64,000 bases of DNA, from NCBI RefSeq assembly GCF_022539665.2, contig NC_081331.1, positions 13,268,001-13,332,000 of the forward strand. The letters run 5' to 3'. Shown here in pieces: positions 1-11,580 of this stretch. Numbering within the stretch: position 1 is the first letter of the stretch; the number at the start of each line of letters is the position of its first letter. The position numbers and the translations under genes are program-made. This DNA comes from Daphnia carinata. Taxonomy: Eukaryota. The notes under the pieces are model-generated. The model saw only the letters and a list, made by a program, of their open reading frames with translations. It did not search any database and was not told where the DNA came from.

Positions 1-594
1 TAAAAAAGGTCTGAAGTGTAGTATCTAGCATTTTGGATTTAAGAAAAACTATAAAGATCTTTGGACATAGCTTATGATACACTTTGAAATCATGGAGCAA
101 ATAACTGTAAAAACATATGTGGAAAATAGTCCCACAAATAAAAATTGTTATCAAAATAAAGAACGATTTGTTAAATCAAAAACTGCAATAAAATCAAGTT
201 ATTTATTTTTTGCACCATTTCACGTTTTATGGCAACGTCGTCGGGTTTTCCGAAAATAAAAAGTGGAAGCACTACCTTCGAGTAGACGAGTTACCCTACA
301 TCGCTAAGCACACTGTTGGGACGTGGGAGCTTGGAAACGCGTCAGATATAGCGAAGTAGTAAAGCAAGGGGTGAATCTGTATTGTGGTTTTGTATCAAAT
401 AACTCGGATGTAAACTGGATCACTATCGTACCAATCGTTTATATTCCTTTCGTGTTGGATGTCTTAACTTTGCCGTTAGTTTTCGCGTCTACTACTTTAA
501 ATGGACTAAGTAATTCGAGAGGGGAATAGCATCGTGAGAGGCGTGAAGAGGATAGTTCTAAGTTCGAAAAGTGTTTTTTTTTTTAGTGATAGAA

Positions 595-3500
595 ATGGCG
601 TCCTTAATTTCACAAGATATATGGAAAACGTGGGAAACACATGGCCACACTGAATTGTAAGTCAGTGCATCTTAGGTTTGATTAGGAAAAAAATGAAGCA
701 ATCTGGAGTACATAGCTTCTTCATTGCTTGATTCATAAGAAAAACTTTGGTGTTTAGCAATTTAGAGATTTTTTAAATTGTATTTGATGAAGTGGCCCAT
801 TAAAATACTTTTCTGATTATTTGCTCTAGTATGAAACTGCTTGCAGGCTGGATTGGTTCAGACAGTAGTAGTCTTCCTTCCATTGATAACAAAGGTTTGT
901 CTCTAAATGATCTTGTGTTTCCTCATGTTATGTTATTATATATTTAGAGCTGTTTCGTGCCATATACGAGTTTTTTTGGCAAGCCATCAGAGGTGGAATA
1001 AAGAAGGATTTAGTTTTATCAGCCATTGGAGACATTTTGGTAAAATCCTTCAATTTTAACAATGTAATTGTATTCACAATTTAAACATTTTTAAAACAGG
1101 GTTTGCATGGTGATCTAGCATCAGTGACACTAGATGTTCTGAATGTCATTGATCATGAAACATTGGTAACTGAGAATAATGATGAAAGACAGAGATTGTG
1201 CAGCATGTTGAAGGAGCTGGAAAATTGGCTTAGTGATGCACTGATTAAAGAGCGGTTGGAAATTGATACCTTACAAGACTGCAGCTTACTAAAAACAAAA
1301 AAGATATTTTACACTCGTTTCATCAAAGTGAAGACAAAGTTATTTTACAAGCAGCAAAAGTTCAACCTTTTACGAGAAGAGAGTGAGGGTTATGCCAAGC
1401 TTATAACTGAACTCAATCAAGAAATAGATGATACAATAACTCCTCTATACATTTTACAAGTAAAAATTATGAATTTCCATTGGATAAAGAATTTTGTCTT
1501 TCAACGTGCCCTTTATTTGTAAAGGTTATACAGTCTTTAATTGGCTGCTTCAACTTAGATCCCAATCGTGTATTGGATGTTATTCTTGAATCGTTTGAAT
1601 GCCGGCCACAACTTCATAGTCGTCTTTTTGTTCCGCTAATTCGATCGTACATGTCCGATTCCCTGACTTTATGCGAAGTTTTAGGATTCAAATTTACGTC
1701 GTACGACCCGTCTTCTACGCCACGCTCTCTGTTCGTCATTACCGCGCTTTTACTGCAGCACGGTGTTATTCGCCTAGATGATATTTATCGTTGGCTTACA
1801 CCCAAAGACAGCGAAATCGAGGAATCTGCTGCCAAAGAATTAGCAGACGCTAAAGAATACGCTCGCCGAATGAACATCATCAGTGTACCGAAAGAAGATG
1901 ACAAAATTGAAGAATTAATTGAAGAAAGGGCACCGTACAACCAGAAGTTTGGATTATGCGAAGCTCTTCTTTCTATTGGAGCCTGGGAACAAGCTTCAAC
2001 GCTTCTTAAGCGTCACCCAGAATTCTTCGTTACATCATATCGCCCAATCTCAAACAGTGTCTGCAAGCTCGTCGATTACGTCATTGAGCCAGTTTATCGT
2101 AAACGATGTTGCATTTCTCCGAAGCTTCCAGGAAAACCCGTTTTGGCGGTCGGTGTATGGAATTTTCCCAAGACAGCCAAGGAAATGAGTGAATTGAGAG
2201 AAACAGCGTTTCCAATGCTTCTCTCTTTGGGACCGCATTTATATAATGATCCCGTCCTCCTCCACAAATTAATTCGCTTGTGCAATACTGCATTGGACGA
2301 TTGCGGGTTGAACAATTCGAAGAAAGTTCCAACCGAAATGGATTCACTATACTTTGACGTCCTAACTCTTTTTGATGTTGTCGTGTTGCCATCTCTCGCC
2401 CTTATGGAATCCAATTGTTGTGTAGCAGAAGAAGTCTGGAATGTTTTGAAGAAACTACCCTACGAGCACCGATATCGACTATATGGACTATGGAAAAACG
2501 ACACATTCCAGAGTCACTCGCTGCTCATCCGTCGTAAGGTAGATTGTGTCAAGCGCATTAAGTACATCATGAAGCGTGTGAGCAAGGATAACGTCAAGCC
2601 GACTGGCCGAGTACTTGGGAAACTGAGTCATAGCTGTCCTGGCTTTCTTTTTGACTACATCCTCTCCCAAATTCAAATTTACGACAACCTGATCGGACCT
2701 GTTGTGGATTCACTCAAGTACCTGACAAATCTTTCGTACGACGTTCTGGGTTATTGTGTTTTGGAAGCTCTTTCGAATCCGGATAAAGAACGCACTAATC
2801 ATGATGGAACCACCATTTCAATGTGGTTGACTGCGCTATCAGCGTTCTGTGGTGCAATTTACAAAAAGTACAACATGGACCTCACTGGACTACTTCAATA
2901 TGTTGCTAATCAGCTGAAGGCACAGAAGAGCTTGGATCTTCTCATTCTTCAGGTACTTTGGCCGACATGTTGTTCATTGTTTCTTCTTTTACAAGTATTT
3001 TTCAATAGTCAGAAACCATTTAAGGGGTATATTTCTGCTTTGAGTGAAATCATTGTTGCCTTTCATTAAATTTTGCATTTCTATCTAGGAAATGGTGCAT
3101 AAAATGGGAGGAATTGAAGCGTCTGAGGAAATGACCAAAGAACATATGGAAGCAATGCAAGGTGGTGAGCTGTTAAGAGCAGAAGCAGCTCATTTTGGTC
3201 AAGTACGAGTTACAAAGAAGGCCGCTCAGCGTTTAAAGGAAACTTTGCTAGAACATAATCTGGCAATACCACTTTGTCTTCTCATCGCCCAACAGCGCAA
3301 CTGTGTCGTTTACCGAGAAACACAGAATAACCATCTAAAGGTATTTTGGAATTTGATGTAGTAATTAGATTAATCAGCATATTGTAACCTTTTTAAAAAA
3401 TTTCTATTTTGTAGCTTGTTGGTAAACTTTACGACCAATGCCAAGATACTTTAGTTCAGCTTGGGACATTCTTGGCTCTGAACATGAGTGTCGACGACTA

Positions 3501-6500
3501 TGTTAGACGACTGCCGCAGTTAGGCTCTTTATTATCTGATTATCACATTCATGCTGATGTCGCATTTTTTTTGGCACGCCCGATGTTTGCCCATTCAATC
3601 AATTCCAAATACGATGAGTTGCGGCGGGCTGAAAAGAATTCTAAAAATCTTCTTCCAGCACAAAAGACGCAAAAGTACTTAGAGGTAAGTGTCCGTTTGT
3701 CCGAAGACTTCAGACAGATTAAACAATTTTAGCGTGAACTTATTTGTAGGCTGTGCGACTGGTCATGACTCCTATTTGCGAATCGGTCCGGCCCTTGTGC
3801 GCTCCTAGAGTGTGGGAAGATCTCTCTCCTCAGTTCTTTGCCACATTTTGGTCGTTGACCGTCTATGACTTGTCGGTGCCCAGCACTGCGTACGAACGTG
3901 AAGTGCAACGACTAAAATTGGCGATTCAACAGACAAATGAAAATCGGGACTTACCTGCCAGTAAACGAAAGAAAGAGTTGGATCGTTGTACGGCACTTAT
4001 AGATAAGCTTCAGGAAGAAGAAAAGAAGCAAAAAGATCACAATGAACGTATAATGGCTAGATTGACACAAGAAAAAGATGGTTGGTTCCTTTGTCGAGCA
4101 GCGAAATTAGCAAAAACAGAAACAATCACACAGTTCTTACAACTGTGTCTGTTTCCTCGCTGTGTTTTTACCGCTATCGATGCCTTATTTTGCGCCCGCT
4201 TTGTACAGGTATTATTGCATTTTATTATTTTTATTTTGTTGTTTACTTCATCTATGCATTCTTGGTTTGCAGCTAATGCACAATTTGAAAACGCCCAACT
4301 TTTCAACTTTAATTTGCTACGATCGCATATTTTGTGATATCACATATACTGTGACGTCATGCACTGAGAACGAAGCAAATCGTTATGGTCGCTTTTTGTG
4401 CGCCATGCTTGAGACTGTAATGCACTGGCATTCAAGCAAGAAGATATTCGACGAAGATTGTGCCAACTATCCAGGCTTTGTCACTAAATTTCGGGTCGGC
4501 AACCAGCCTTCAGAAACGAATGATCATGTTGACTTTGAAAATTATCGGCATGTCGTCCACAAGTGGCACCACAAAATTGCCAAAGCACTAGTTGTGTGCC
4601 TGGAGTCAAAGGACTATGTACAGATTCGAAATGCGCTGATTGTCTTGATACGTATCTTGCCATTCTTCCCCGTCATAACACCACTTGGATCGGTAAAATA
4701 GCCAACATGTTTCACACATGATTGTAGCATAAAATAATATGTGATTTTAAATAGGTAATTGATCGGCATGTTGAATCCGTGCGCAATGAGCAAAAGGACA
4801 AACGGCAAGACTTGTCAGCAATGGCGATTTCGTACAGTGGGCAGTTAAAGAATAAAAAAGCATCCATGATTCCAGAATACGACTTCCATCTTGTGAACAG
4901 GAAACCTGTAAGCTTCAAGTAAAAGATGTTGGTATTAAAATACAGATCATTTTTCCCGTTTTTAAAAGGTTACAAAGGCGGCTCCACAAAATGCCCATCC
5001 ACCTGCTGGAACCACAAATACTGCTACGCAACCCGAAAATGGAGTTTCAAAACACGAAGGAGTAAATGGTATGATTTGAAACGGTTCGTTTACGTAACAT
5101 TCAGCCTTAACCAACATTTATGCGCGATAGGAGTGGATAAAACATCGACGAACGCACAGGACACTCCTTCCTCTACGCAAAGCGAATCCCAATCGAGTAC
5201 CCCAGTGACCGCCGGTATGAACAAGGAGATCAAAAAGGAAACTCGGTAACTCATTTAATTCTGTACTAATCGAATAAATTTTAAACTCGATTGTGACCGT
5301 TAGAGAGACGAATAAAGTGAAAGAAAAAGAAAAGGACAGGCACAAAGACGTGGTTGAAAAGAGGGAGGAGACCAGCGATCGAACCAGAGAGAAAAGGACC
5401 AAAGAAAGGAAAGAAGACAAAGAAGAAAGGCCACATTCGGGCAAGGTAATAAGAGTCTACGCACACGTTATTGATACAGGTTTTAACTATGATGGTACTA
5501 GGCTGATCGTGAGGAGGAATGGACGGAACGTGACAGAGAAAATTACAACGGATCTAGCGTTGAAGCTACCGATCCCGACCGAGGTATGGTGTCTTTGTTT
5601 TGTTTGAAATCAAAATTTAACGCTGATTAATTTTTCTAGTAGATTCCAAACGCCGGAAGACGGATGCTAATTTAACCACCAAGGTTAGTATCAAGGCGGC
5701 CGACCTTGACCTTTGACTTCAGTCTGCGTCTTCGCTCTTCTCAAGCTGTCACTCAACGAAAACAAAAAAAAATCATATATATAAAAAAAAAAATTTATAA
5801 GCTGCGCCCGCACACCGTGTCTGCGACTTCTCCCCTGGTCGTGCGAGTGAGGCCCATTCGCTCACAGTAAACCAATCCGTCCACGTAGCGCCAAATGCGG
5901 GACAAGATCAAACCCAGTGTAGGCCACTCAGTCACATTGTCAACACGGAAGACATTCAATCGTAGAAGCTGTCTCGGAATCCCTTAATTTAAAAAAATCA
6001 TATTTGCCTGTTAATATCCCCGGAATGTCGGTGAATCGTAATGCGCCCCTCCATCCATGGAATAACTCACGTGCTTGTAAGACCGGAAGCCTTGTTTTTT
6101 GCAAGGAGCACACTTAAGCCCGGGTTGCTGTGCAGTCACGTCCGTTACAATTTCGGCATGGCGACGGAGTTGGTCAGATCTAGCAGTTGCATCTACTGTT
6201 GCATACGGATCAACAGCAGCTTCTTCGGCAGACATGACACTAACCGAGAACTTCCCATCGCCATCGAGGCAGAGCCAAGCAAAAAAATGTTTTTGTTTTG
6301 GATGAAAAAAACTGGTCGACCGATCACCCGACCTGCGCGGATATTTGGACTGTGATGTCGAATGCCCTCAGTGTCTTCGCGTGGCTGCGCACATCCCCTC
6401 ACATGCTCGGTGCTGGGGTAAGTTACGACCCAAATGATATTGGTAGGAGATCGTTGATGGGGACAGCGACAGAGACGAAAATGGAGCTGCTGCGAAAAGG

Positions 6501-7228
6501 GGAAAGTGTCCCGGATTTGTTGTACATTCTCGGCGTATCAGGCGTAAGGCAAAAATGTCTTCCTCTCCAATGTGTGAATATGAATTTCACCTCGCATGCA
6601 TTTTACCGTTCATGAAACCCCCTTGTTTCCCAAAGATGCGTCCAATTTGGTAAATTTAACACCTCGAGTTGTCGTTGCAGAGTCGTCCTTCTACTCCTGA
6701 ACGTGAACGTGAGCGCCGCCTGGAAAAGGCTGAGCGGAAGGAACGACGAAACATTCAAGAAACCGAAGAAGAACGACGCGAAAGGAAGGGCGAGCGCAAA
6801 AGGGTATGTACTTGTTAATTATTTATTTATTTTTCTTGGTGATTCAATTATTTTATTTCTATCTTCTTAAGGATCGACTGCTGGAGGATGCTTTAATGGA
6901 TGTGAAGCGTCGCAAAGAGGATGAACGAGAAAAAGGTATTTGAATTTACACTGTCTTTATTATTCGCTTCCTTGTTTCATGATAGTTTTTGTCATTTGAT
7001 AGCGAGATCTCCACGCCACGGAAACGGAAGTCCCTCGGATGGAAACGGGGACAGAAGAGTACACAACAGGGTATAGCAGCATGTTTTTATTTTAAGTGTT
7101 TAATGTCAGTATAGTTTATTCTTTGTATGTAGGAATCGCCTCTTTCACGCGAGGCTTCGGATCGGTCATTTGAACGCTCAGAGAGACCGGAACGAGCCCG
7201 TCGCTCCACGGATAGTAAACGAAGATGA
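595..7228 (+). CDS. THOC2: THO complex subunit 2 (TREX mRNA export factor), 19 coding exons, ~1463 aa
   Basis: Hand-assembled exons: 595-656, 830-894, 948-1039, 1100-1459, 1525-2952, 3089-3340, 3415-3684, 3750-4208, 4273-4692, 4755-4907, 4969-5068, 5131-5245, 5304-5445, 5502-5583, 5643-5683, 6681-6803, 6872-6935, 7003-7070, 7133-7228. All introns are GT-AG, the total is 4392 nt in frame, and it ends in TGA. Recognised THOC2 motifs: [105 protein letters not shown]. The tail is K/R/E-rich, and its exon boundaries are less certain. Confidence 0.95.
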
Positions 7229-7345
7229 GAAACGAGAAGTTAAAAACTGAAGCGTCTGCTCATATTTGTCATTTAAATTCTGTTTTTAGGGAATTGAATT
7301 TGTCATGTTAGATTCTTTCCTTATTGATTTCCTTGAGGCCTAGAC

Positions 7346-7351
7346 AATAAA
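7346..7351 (+). terminator. Candidate polyadenylation signal (AATAAA) of THOC2
   Basis: First AATAAA, ~118 nt after the THOC2 stop codon. Confidence 0.55.
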
Positions 7352-7949
7352 TTCATTTCATCGTACTAGGGTGTATAGTAAATCCATTTTCGTTGGGTCC
7401 TCTCCTGTTTTTAATCGACACAGCTTATGAGTATGGTTACACCAGAGGTGAGAGGAGATTTACAAAACACATAACATGAATGTGATTTTCAGAAAATTCC
7501 AATGACTGGGATTTTACAGATTTGTTAGAAAAAATTCCCATGGTAATTCACATATAAAAGCACGTCTTTTACGTTTATCTCAAAAACTTAACATGTCACG
7601 TAAAAATAAAGCTAATATTCGTGATTCTCGATGAATGTTGAATGCAAATCATGTATAACTAGTTGATTATTTGATATTTTTATGCAAACATGCCATATAG
7701 TTTCTTAAATAAACGTAAAAAAAAAAGTTAAGTTAAGGCTCTTACAAAAATTTTATTCATTCCCTTCCTTATTTCCTCACTTTTTACATTTTGTTCGGAA
7801 AAATACAAAATAGTCAACTTACTGTACATGGTTTAGATTCGAAATGTAATAAGAATCACGAATATGACCTTTGTTTTTCATTTAAACCCCAAGTTTTCGA
7901 AACAATGGTAAAAAAGGTGCTGCAGTATGAATATTCAAAATATTTCAAC

Positions 7950-8600
7950 AACGGGCAATTTGACGAGAAAACGAATAAGATTTTCGAAATCAGCATTAAA
8001 TTTTGAGTATCAAGTGTGATTTAGAACGATTTCCAAGCGATTTGGTATTTTGGCCGATTTTGACAAAAGTGGAAAGGCTATAGCCTTCCCACTTTTTCAT
8101 TTTTGACAAAAATCTAGATGTGGTTAAAAATGCATGATTCCGATTCTAAATCAAACGATAATTACGAAAAATGACTTTATTTTTATGTGGGGCGTATAGT
8201 TATCAAGTTATTTGAATTCAAAGTGGTGGTACTCGAAATCACTTTAATTTCGATTTATTCAAAAATTGTTAAGACCAACACGAAAACTAATATTTTATTG
8301 GGAACCAATCTTCATTTTGATTATATATTTAGTGAATTACAGGTGAAAAATATTAAGCACAGATTTTGCATAAGAGTCAGATTTCAAAAATAAGCCCGAC
8401 AAAATAAGCCCGACTTTCGTTAAAACGAATCTTTTTCCTAAAAGTCTAGATATAACAATTTAAAAACACTATTTACATTCTAAATTGGACGATGAATAGG
8501 GTGTTCCCTTTTCAGTTTCATTGAAATTACAAACAAGTTGAAAAAAACAAGACAACAGGAAAAAAAATGAAATACATAAAAAAGCCGGGATTATTTTGTC
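7950..8600. mobile_element. Degenerate MITE/foldback-like non-autonomous element (approximate bounds)
   Basis: A 32-bp palindrome with one mismatch at 8065-8096 (AAAAGTGGAAAGGCTA|TAGCCTTCCCACTTTT), weak inverted similarity of the flanks, and tandem AAAATAAGCCCGAC at ~8387-8414. The TAAGCCCGA core recurs at ~29790-29850. No transposase or target-site duplication identified. Confidence 0.4.
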
Positions 8601-9190
8601 GTTTGTTATTTTGTTATTTTTAAGCCTAACAAGCTACTATAATAATAAAAAGCCCAATGACAAGATACTTCAAGATATGACATCACATAATAAGGGACAG
8701 AAAGAATGAATTGTATATATTTTTTTCGTTGTTGTAAGCTTTTAAACGTTGTACTTATTTTTGTTTGTTTTTGCTGATGGGTAGTGTGAGTCGCTGTTAG
8801 AGGATGAGGCTCGGTTTTTGTTTGTCAACTTTGAGCAACTGTATCCTTTCCTCTTGGTACAAGCCACCGTCTCTCTCGATAACTTGACATCGCAAACAAA
8901 CCATTCTAGAAATACTAAGCCGAGACAATGAACAATTTCTGCGCGATTCCCTTGTATAATGACATCAAAGTGATATCGCAGTCAAGTGCGAGAATGACTG
9001 ATAAGCCGTGTTACTCATCACAAAATCGGACAGATTACATTATACCGTGATGCCAGTTGCAACTTTTATTATTTAGACTAAAATTGACAATTCTGTATGT
9101 GCATAGAGAAACAGCGGAATGACAAATCTCGATTGGTGAAATTTTTATTAATTAGAATATCTTTTTTGCCACTGTACTTTGAAGCAACAA

Positions 9191-9808
9191 TCAATGTCTG
9201 GTCTTGGCTGACTTGTTTAGAACCGGAGAACGGGTGCAGCCCGCCTTCACGGTTAAATTTTCAGGTTTGGACCAAGAACCATCCTCCTGAGCAAAAGTGA
9301 GTATCATATTAGTATTGAACATCAGCAATGTATTTGTGGCTTCATACTACCTTCAGAAAAACAACTTCCATTTCGGTCTCGAGCTGTAAGCAGTCGAATG
9401 TTTTTCCCTTTTTTCTGCTTTTGCAATAAAGACATTCCAGTTCGTAAAACATTGATGGGATTCGGTTAGTTTGCATATTTTCTTTTACAGTGAATGGACA
9501 TTCCATTGACTGCAATGCAGCAAAAAAAGAGAAAAATTACCTTTTTAAAAAGATATTGCTCCAAGACATATAGCGCAAATGTAACAACTGGAGGCCGGGA
9601 TGGTAAAATTTGAAGTACTTACATTGCCAAGTTCCCCAATCCTTTCAACTGAAGTCTCACTTTTTATTCTACTGCTCCTTGTAGCCATATGGCTGTTGTG
9701 AGAAGAACGGATTTTATTCGAACGGATTATGTCGCATCTTGACGGTAAGGGAAGTATGCAGATAGAGGAGGCAATTAGTAAAATTACAAAGGAAAATAGT
9801 CGCCACAT
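9191..9808 (-). CDS. Secreted small cysteine-rich protein, IL-17-like cystine-knot candidate, 3 exons, 146 aa
   Basis: Exons 9808-9623 (donor AAT|GTAAGT), 9509-9351 (acceptor TTGCAG, donor AAG|GTAGTA) and 9286-9191 (acceptor CTCAG, stop TGA). Both introns are phase 0 and the frame is intact. Protein: hydrophobic leader MWRLFSFVILLIASSICILPLPSRC...GELGN/SMECPFTVKENMQTNRIPSMFYELECLYCKSRKKGKTFDCLQLETEMEVVFLK/EDGSWSKPENLTVKAGCTRSPVLNKSAKTRH. The CPF..NRIP..E.EC..VKAGCT pattern matches the IL-17 family pattern CPW..NRxP..EAxC..VxVGCTC. TATA box upstream; AATAAA (minus strand) at 9149-9144. Confidence 0.75.
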
Positions 9809-9870
9809 GTTGGACTTGCTTCAGTAAAACTAAAATGGTAACTGGATGATAGTCGTTGAAGTAAGCTCGT

Positions 9871-10018
9871 TTTTATAATAATACCGGAAAACAAATTATA
9901 TTCACAGTTCTACAGGTTCTTTACATCCTAGATGGGTAGATGGAAAGCCCCTACCAGTTTTTATCCCCGTGCAGTAAGTTTCAAACGAAGTTTCCGTCCC
10001 CCCCTCCAGGGGCTTTCT
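9871..10018 (-). promoter_or_regulatory. Promoter of the IL-17-like gene: TATA box plus two NF-kB-like sites
   Basis: Minus-strand TATAAAA at ~9877-9871. GGGGCTTTCC on the minus strand at 9951-9942 fits GGGRNYYYCC exactly. GGGGCTTTCT on the plus strand at 10009-10018 has one mismatch. Confidence 0.5.
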
Positions 10019-10703
10019 TATCATGCACGAAGTACGGCGATAGCTTCGTGTAACGCCGTTTTTCTGCTTGGTTTCAATATAGCGTTTAATGGACGTTGGA
10101 GTTTCTTAATAATTTACAGTTTCCTACCAGCCCAATGATACTGAAATACTAGCCAATGCTTGACAACTTAAACATTACAAAATGAAAGTAAAGCTTCGCC
10201 AGAGAAGATTTCGAATTTAGCCTAAATTCTCTTTGCATTGCAATTTGTTGCAGAACATTCTCTCATCCCAATATGTCGTGGATAAAAGAAAGCAAATGTT
10301 CTTCTATCAAATTTATAGCTTCAGTGTGCTACCATTAATTCAGACCTTATGTATTGGCACCCGATTTACCTGTATGTTACATGATCTGTAACACTTATTC
10401 GCTAAGAGCCCGCGTAACTGAACGGCATCGAAGCATATCAAATCGATGCAAACTTGCAGCGCAGCATTCACGTATGTCGTTAAACATGTCAATCTACCGT
10501 TCTGTCAATGATAAAAATTACAAAATTCTGAACTCACTTCAAATCTACTTGACTGGAGCCAAATATCTAACCATTGACACATGAACTAAACTGTTACTGC
10601 TGGTATCTGAGAAGTGAGTAGAAAATTGCATTTTTTTGAGGATGAACTGTATTGCTGCTCATTAAACCAGATGTTAAGGGAGTACAGAGCACAATACTGA
10701 TGT

Positions 10704-11554
10704 TCAAGCAATGCTGCTGGAGTTGGAGGCAATCCTGGGCCATAGATCAGCACACTCCTTGGCAACAGGTCCAGTGATAGCTGATCCCTTCATTTCTCCT
10801 TTGTTATTTACTATCACTCCTGCATTGTCTTCGAAGTATATAAATACTCCATCCTTCCTTCTAAATGGCTTCCTCTGCCGAATAACTACTGCTTGCATAA
10901 CTGAAAGATAGAAAAATTAAAGTTAGATCAATTCCTCCTGGATTCAATAATGTTCTACATGAAACATGGCAGTGTCAATGCCGACAGGTCAAGCAGCTTC
11001 ATGGAAAAAGCTCTGAGTTTAAGACATTCTTTATTCTACCCTCTGAAAGTTATAGAATGGCAGAGAAACCACCATCCATTTTTTGCTGCACGAGGGTTAA
11101 CATGATAGGAAGTTTTCTAGTAGATTACCTTTTTTCCTCAGCTCTGGTTTACCCTTCTTCACTGTAGCAACGAACATGTCACCAACACCAGCAGCAGGCA
11201 AGCGATTAAGACGACCCTTGACACCATAAACTGCAATGACGTACAGGTTCTTTGCTCCTGATAATGAAAAAAATTAGCATACCAACGAATGCTTTAAAGA
11301 AAAATAATAGAAATGAAGACTACAAACCTGTATTGTCAGCACAGTTCATGACGGCTCCCACGGGGAGACCCAAAGAGATGCGGAATTTTCCACCCGCGGT
11401 TCCACCACGTCCTTGTCAAAACGATTCAGAAAATTGCAATTACACATTCTCAACAAACAGATTACATTGTAAATGTACACGATAACTAATAAAAGTAACG
11501 GATGTTTTAGATAAATGTCGATGAATTGACAGAGAGCATACCTCGCTTAGACAT
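10704..11554 (-). CDS. RpL23: 60S ribosomal protein L23 (uL14), 4 exons, 140 aa
   Basis: Exons 11554-11542, 11411-11328, 11257-11129 and 10900-10704, total 423 nt. Translation [42 protein letters not shown]...[73 protein letters not shown]. Confidence 0.98.
10970..11097 (-). ncRNA. Intronic box H/ACA snoRNA candidate in RpL23 intron 3
   Basis: On the sense (minus) strand: hairpin 1 closed by ACCCTC...GAGGGT, followed directly by the H box AGAATA (11037-11032). Hairpin 2 is closed by AATGTC...GGCATT, followed by ACA (10975-10973) plus 3 nt. Length ~128 nt, inside a 228-nt intron that is longer than the other RpL23 introns. Confidence 0.75.
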
Positions 11555-11565
11555 CTTGTTGGCCG

Positions 11566-11580
11566 AAAATGAAAGAGTCT
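11566..11580 (-). promoter_or_regulatory. TCT initiator / 5'TOP pyrimidine tract of RpL23
   Basis: Minus strand reads CTCTTTCATTTTC just upstream of GGCCAACAAG-ATG, typical of ribosomal protein genes. Confidence 0.6.

Noticed and set aside
6011..6615. Short ORFs inside the long THOC2 intron
   Set aside because: No recognisable domains; explained by higher G+C content. The intron itself is reported as a finding.
9541..9547. Apparent premature stop or pseudogene at the end of ORF 9808-9545
   Set aside because: The TAA lies inside intron 1 (9622-9510). The AAG|GTAATT donor at 9540 would leave only a 31-nt intron.
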